Below are positions 57,639 through 64,000 of a DNA stretch of 64,000 bases, piece after piece. Source of the stretch: Lama glama (taxonomy: Eukaryota); the NCBI GenBank assembly GCA_028534125.1, contig CM052839.1, positions 13,950,001 to 14,014,000 of the forward strand, in the 5' to 3' direction. Under the pieces are notes generated by a model. That model was not told the DNA's origin. It did not search any database and saw only the letters and a list, made by a program, of their open reading frames with translations. The translations under genes and the position numbers were made by a program. Numbering within the stretch: position 1 is the first letter of the stretch; every line of letters starts with the position of its first letter.

Positions 57639-58555
57639 CTGCAAGGGGAGGGGTGCGCGTTACCCAAGGGCTGGCCCAGGGCCACCCGACTCGTGGGTTC
57701 TCCACGCAGGGCAGCACTGGCTGAAGCACTGACATCGTGTCCTGCCCACCAGGTGCCAGTGGCCACTGGTCTTTGAGACACTTCCCAGTTACCTGTGGGG
57801 CCTGCTCGGCTCTGAGTCTCGTGCCCTAGGACAGAAGGTGCCCAACGTAGCCTCAAGACCCTGCCTGGTCCTGCCATCAACCTCTGCTTCTCAGACCCCC
57901 ACCACCTTCTCTCTATGCCCACCCCCGTCTCTGCTGACTAACCCCCAACTAGCCCCCCAAACTACCATGTTCTTCCTGCGTCAGCATTTCAGCCCATACA
58001 GTACCTCCTGCCCAGACTGCCCTTCCCACAGGCTGCCCATCCCCCTGGCCTCAGCTTAAATACCATCCTCTGCTATCTGCCAAGTCCCAAGCTTCCCTCC
58101 TAACATTATAACCCACAAGAGTGCCTGTCTGGGTGGACTGACGAGGAAAGTCATGGGAGGGCCACGAAGCACTCCCACCTGCCAGTGTCTCGGCCCAACC
58201 CCTTCTCTCTGAAGGTACAGGCGTTGGCCAAGGCTTAGCTAGGAATGCCACTAGCCCTGGAAAACCAGACCTAGGGCTTTGGAAAGGTGGGCAAAGCCAG
58301 GCTCTTAACCACTGACCACAGGCATCCCACCCATTCTGGCCTGCAGCCAGACTGTGGCACTGCCTTGCCGGCCTCTGTTGAGGACCCTAAGCGGAGTACC
58401 TGTGGGCAGCATCAGGGTCCGCTTTGCGGTGGGACCGCTTGGGTTTCAGAGCGGAGTCCCTGTTGTTTCCCGACAGACGATCTGAAGCATAGCTGGGTGG
58501 TAACACGGAACTGCTCAGGGACTTTGTTTCCAACCGGGGTGCATCTAATCTTGTC
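57461..58555 (-). CDS. ALKBH5: RNA m6A demethylase ALKBH5, last two coding exons (upstream exons outside window)
   Basis: Exons 58555-58400 and 57638-57461 join in frame and match the ALKBH5 C-terminus ending KVKMRRH*. Confidence 0.96.
58400..58555 (-). CDS. ALKBH5: ALKBH5 penultimate exon
   Basis: [29 protein letters not shown]...KADPDAAH. Confidence 0.95.
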
Positions 58556-59761
58556 CTGCAAAGGAAATGCACGTGGGATCACTGGCAGGTCTCTGGGGAG
58601 GGTGTGGCCCTATCAGACCAATTCTTTCTCAGGCTGGCAGTCTCAGTGCTGTGCTTCGGTCTCCTCGTGGCTCAACTCGGGACAGGTCCAGCTGACTTGC
58701 AAACACCCTCCTTCCTAAGTCCAGGCTTAGCAGTAGGGAATAGGAACACTTCTGTTTGGAGACTTCTAATGGATCTGCTGCCCCAGTGGAAAAGCCCCAG
58801 GGTGCTCTCAGCTGGACAAAGCGGCCCCATCTTACCCTACTTAGGCCCACAGGTCCCCCAGGGGCAACCACTCCACGTGCTAGAGAACCGAGGGCCCCAC
58901 CAGTGGGTGCCGCACTCCGGCAGACACGTCCACCCATCCTCAAGTACCAAGACAGGAAGGTTCTCTGGCCCGGCCAGAGCTTCTCTGCTCTCTCACACAG
59001 GAACACTGAGGCTGCGGAAGAGCTAGGAGTGCCCGGGCCCCATTCCACATTCACACTTGGCTCTGGTCCCGCCACAGCCACCTGGAAGCTTCTGCGGGTT
59101 CCGGGACACTGACCAAGCCAAGGACAGGGGGTTTTTGAAGGCAAAGACCCCACCAAGCACTGGAACCCAGTGAAAGAAAAACGCATGCAAGTATGGACGG
59201 GGAAGAAGGGACAGAATCTGGGTAGGAGGCAGTCCAGGCAGGGATCTAAGTGCTTTATGAAGTCAGGCCAGGAGGAAGCTGGCCTGGGAAACCTCCAAGA
59301 AGCCCTGAGGCTTCTTGTGTGATACAGAGAAGGCCAGCAAGTCAGGCTGCTAACAGCAAGGAAAAGAGGCCTGGGGTAGGGAGGGATGGGGCACAGCTGG
59401 CAGAAGACCCTGAAGGCATCTTTCCCATGGGCTGCTGGGCACAAGGTAGCAGCTTGGTTCTGAGGAAGAAGGTGCTGTGGTCAGGCAGGACTCAAAGGAC
59501 ATCCTCACAAGGATGCTGGGGGAAGAGAGCAGGAGGGAAACTGGAGAGCTGCCTTGGGATCCTGGGGACAACTGCATCCAATCCTCACAGCTCCCCCTAC
59601 CCCCACTGGCTGTCCTGCTGTCAAGTCAGGAAAACTGGGTCAGAAGGAGGGAAGTCACACATTCTGGGAGTCCTGGGAGGAAGGTCTAGTCCAGGTGAGA
59701 CTCCAAGCCTGGCAGGCAGGAATCACCAAGCTCTGAACCTGGGCAGGGGTCTTTCGCTGGA

Positions 59762-59778
59762 GGCCAGCAGGGGGCGCC
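59762..59778 (+). promoter_or_regulatory. Candidate CTCF site in an ALKBH5 intron
   Basis: ggCCAGCAGGGGGCGCc matches the core consensus CCASYAGRKGGCRS. Confidence 0.5.
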
Positions 59779-62700
59779 TTTCCAGCAGGCAATCAATGTT
59801 CTGGCATCCTCGGGCCCAAACTGGTGGACAGGCAGGCAGGCAACTGTCCCTGCCCCTTTGCTTTGACCTCTTAGACAGGAATACAGAGGGAGCCCCGCTG
59901 CACTGACCAGCCCACCGGTCTCAGGCTCCACTCTGGGCACCCCTACTTGAGGAAGCAGGACTCAGCAGCCAGAGGAAGAAGGCCCAGCCCTGATGCTGCC
60001 ACTCAGAGTCCAGGCCAGGCACCACCCCTCTCTGGGCCTGTTTCCCCATGTGAGCAAAGGCCTCTTCCAGTTCTCAGGGTCTAGAGACCAAAGACAAGTT
60101 GCCTCCTTCAAGGCCAGGATTCTGTTGAGGGGCACTGGGAAGAGGTGGTGCTGGGCCAGCCCAGATCTGAGGGTGGGAACCAGAATCACTGGAGTCACAG
60201 GGCCTCGTCTCTGCAGGCCAAGACTCGGATCCCAGAAAGCTCATACCAAATGCGGAGCAGCCAAAAAACTCCCACTTCGAGGACTCCAGGGTCTGAAGCT
60301 AGAGGAGGAAAGTGCCTCCGGCACTGCCCAGATAAGTCGACACAAAGACCCTCCAGGTGCCCGGAAGCACACGCCCCAGGCAGGAAAGCCCGAGTGGGCA
60401 GGACCCTGGGGCCCAGGGCCGTGGAGTGGTTTCCTCTGGGCAGTGACAGAGAAGAGCAGAGCCACCAAGAGGAGTGCCTGGCCCCCACACCTCCATGGCT
60501 GGAGAACAGCTGGCACAACTGAGCCCTGGCGCAGCCCCACCCTTCTTGAGCCGCTTGCTACTCGGGCAGTCGGCCCCTCACGTGGGTCTAGGACTGCTGG
60601 AGAGGCTGGGGAGACAGGCCGGGGACATGGACTAGCTCTGCTGCTGTCCAGCTGCCTGAGAGGAGGAAGAGAGGGAAGGGTGCAGCTCCCCCATGCAACA
60701 CCTCTGCCACCATCAGGGGCCAGCCCTGAGAAGCAATGGTCAGAGGTGGCCCCACCAGAAACCCAGCTGCCTGCACCCACTTTAAGGATGGTATGAGCTC
60801 TGGGGCCCAAAAGGGCTCCTGACACATCTCCCAGGGCTGTTACAAGTACATCTCAGAACCGCTGGAGGAGTTTCTGCCCTCTCTCCACTTCCAAAAAACC
60901 ACCAAGTTGCCAGAGACCAGGTGAGAGTGAGATCCCCAGCCCAGAGCCCACCAGCAGCAGAGCACACCCCTCTTAAAGGGCAGCCAACTCCCAGGGAGCA
61001 GGCCAGCGTTCAGTGGACAGTCACAAGCTTGGAGGCAGGAAGCCCAGTTTTAACAGAAGGGTCTGGGTATTCCTGCCTTACAGATCAGAGTCAACATCCA
61101 GGTGTCACAGGAAGGAACCCAGGTGTGTCAGGAAAGCCCCAGGACGAAGCATGGACTGGGCCTAGGAGGCAAGGGAGGATGGCCGAGCATTAACACGCGA
61201 CCTGAGAGGGAGGGAACAACTGTCCCAGGTGCTGCCCTCATGCTTCATCAGTCACGGCGTCCTCCGAGAAGCTGCTGGGGAGCACTATGCCCACTGTGAG
61301 GGGGGAGGACAGTGCTCACTGTGGGGCGGAGGGCTATGCCCAATGTGCCCACTGTCGAGACGGGAACAACACTAAGTCAGAGACCCAGTCACTGGCCTTG
61401 GTAACACAGCTGCTACCCCAGGGCGGCCCCTGAAGCCCAGATGGCATTTCTTCACTGCAGCGGAGCTGACAGCTGTCCCAGCAGACCAGCACTTACGGGA
61501 GACAGGGAACCAGTCTGCACATCAGGCCCTGCTGCCAATCACCCACAACTTCTGGCTCTACCCTCACAAGCACCCTTGCGCTACCAAGTCTTGCTTTGCC
61601 AACGGAGTGAGGAGGCAGGGAGTAGCATGCCAGCCGGTCTGAGCACTCCTTGTCTACCGAGTGACCTGGGCCCCTGGGTCTAAGTTCCAGCCCTTCAGGG
61701 TATTAGACCCCCGCACAGCCCAGACCTGCACCTGTCTCTCTTGTGAAAGCTCCCAACCCTCCCATCTCCCACCAACCTCCCTCCAACATCAAGCTTCTCT
61801 CCAACTCCTGCCTCTCCTGCATGGCAGTTCTGACACAGGTTTAAGAACTGGCTATGATCAAAGGAGCCTGAAGGACACATAAGTGTTATCAGCCAAAGAG
61901 AGGGCACCCCAAGCACATGGGCTTCTAGCAGAACACCCCACACCCAGGCCTACAAAACACTCAGGCCCCAAAGGGTTCTCCAAGTCGCCTCACCTAGTTA
62001 CCGCCACGTCATACCACACAAGCGTAACCCAGGGCTCCAGGAGGCAGACAACAGGGCCAGGACCACAGGCACTCAGGGATCCTCCAGGTCAGGCCTCAGT
62101 AAGGGCCCACTGTCCTCCAGGACACCAGGCCAGACACCACGCCTGCCTTCCCGCACCTGAGCTGCTAAACAACACGGCTCTGAGTTCCCCTGTCCTCCTG
62201 TGGCATGTGCCTCTCTGCTCACACTGTGCCCGGTGGAACACAGTCTTCCTCATCCCCTACTCCTGACCCATCGAGATCAGAGTAGGCGATGGTGAGGAAG
62301 GGACCGGGAAAAGCACACACAGCACTCCTCAGTTTAATCATCCCTAGCCCCACAACTGCCACAATTTACAGCTGAAAAAGCAGGGCTCACATAACCAACT
62401 TGTAGTCTGTGAAGAAGGGACAGAGCCTAGGTCAGGAGCCCAAGCCAGTCACACTCCCTGGCGGTGTCGCTGCCTCCTTATTCCTTGAGCAGGTTGTAGA
62501 CACACACACTCCCTAGACTCACAAAAGAACAAAGGTGGGCAACCCTGGGTACAATCGACAAGAACCACGGGGACAGGAGCAACAGCAGGGGTCTGAGTTG
62601 GGGCAACGTCTCAGGACTGGCCTTGGTCAGGGAAACCAAGAGCTGAGGGACAAAGCCTAGAGCCCGCCCTCCTTCTGCACCCTCCCCTCCTCCACATGCA

Positions 62701-64000
62701 GCCTCACTTTCTGCTGCTCTGCTTTCTGGGAGGGTCCCCTCTGACCTCAGGGACCCCTGGGCCTGGATGACCAATTAGGCCATTTAGCTCAGCCTCCCAC
62801 ATGCAACCTCTCCTAAACAAAGCTCTCACCCCACTGCTCCCACACGACGACGCTCCCCAGGGCCCTCCCGATCCCTCGCGCAGCACGAGGCCCTCCACCC
62901 ATCTCCACTGTGTCCCAGAACGGACTGCCTCGTGTCCTCGCGCTCCGAGCCTCTGTAAAGGGCAGCTCTTCCACCCAACCTGCCTTTCCCCTGAGCCTCT
63001 TCGAAGCCTGCCTGGCGCCCACACATCAGGTGACACTTCTCTGGAAAGCCTTCCTTGACCAGTCCCTGGCAAGGCTCTAAGTGTCTGCCTTCTCCCAAAG
63101 GACAATGGGACGAGAAGATTCCACACTCACTACGTTCCAGGCACTAGCACAGAGCCTGGCACACACCAGCTTTGTTTAATGTTTGGCAAATGAACCTCCA
63201 TAGCTGCCTTCCCCAACTCCAGCCCACCCTGAGCTGAGCTCCACTTGACCAAAGGCAAAGAAACAGGCTATCTAAGCCACCTTGAGCCATTTTATCTGGT
63301 TAACTGGAGAGATTAACCATGAAGGAATACAAGTCTTGTAGGCCAAACTGGGGGGGGGGGGGCCTCCTGAACACCAAGAGCCTGGGTGCCCTGGACCAGA
63401 AGGCCCTGAGGGCCCACAGCCACATCCCGGTGACATGCTGATCCAGGGCCTCCTTCCCCTCATCCCTGCAATGACAGGGGCCCTCTAGACGCCCCACCTT
63501 TCTGCCTTCCAGCTCACCCTTTCTGCCTGGCGGGCAGTTTCTAGCTCAGGAGCCAGATCTCCCAAGCCCGTCCCAATGACCTTCCGAAGCTGGATGTCAC
63601 TTTCGTTACTGTTTCCTGCGGGGCCCAGGTGGATATACGCTGAGCTCTCAGGACAGTGCTCATTTTGCTCATCTGGTACCGGTGTGCAAAGCGCCAGCCG
63701 AGTGCAAATGTGGCACCAGGGGAACGTTCAGCCTCCAGCATGCCTGCCTCGGGGGTCTTGTGCATGGTAGGTGCTTGGCGTTCCCAGTCGGGAATCCCTG
63801 TTTAAAGACCATTCCAGACCAGCCGCATGAGCTGAGGCAGCTCACTTCCTGCCTAAGCCCCTCTCCAACAGAGTTCGCATCCTCTACTCTCAGGGGTAAC
63901 GTGTGGGCAGCACTCTCCTCTGCGCAGGGCACCAAGCAGGTGGGTGCCTGGCACAGGGCAGCACGAAGGTCCCCTGAGGACTGCGTGTCAGGGAGCTGTG

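Noticed and set aside
58629-60825. Several 200-270 aa ORFs in the ALKBH5 intron
   Set aside because: No homology to ALKBH5 exons or any family I recognise, and no coherent splice structure.

Overview
Mammalian genomic DNA, GC-rich, with one 148-nt assembly gap. It contains the conserved five-gene block TOP3A(+, 3' part) - MIEF2/MiD49(-) - FLII(+) - LLGL1(-) - ALKBH5(-, 3' part), syntenic with the human 17p11.2 Smith-Magenis region. The tRNA-derived SINE type suggests a camelid (inference). I traced splice junctions by hand and all five reading frames are intact: FLII 30 coding exons/1270 aa, LLGL1 22 coding exons/1064 aa, MIEF2 3 coding exons/469 aa, the last 11 exons of TOP3A and the last 2 coding exons of ALKBH5. 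Nearly all other ORF-track entries are GC-rich shadow frames. I found no convincing novel gene system. The best observations are: a 12-bp perfect hairpin carrying poly(A) signals on both strands at the FLII/LLGL1 tail-to-tail junction; a U12-type intron in LLGL1; an apparent MIEF2 stop-loss adding 9 aa; a locally diverged LRR exon in FLII with signs of regional GC-biased drift; a TOP3A acceptor with no polypyrimidine tract; and an isolated L1 5'-end fragment pointing antisense into TOP3A. Comparisons with human proteins and repeat consensus sequences are from memory and need alignment.
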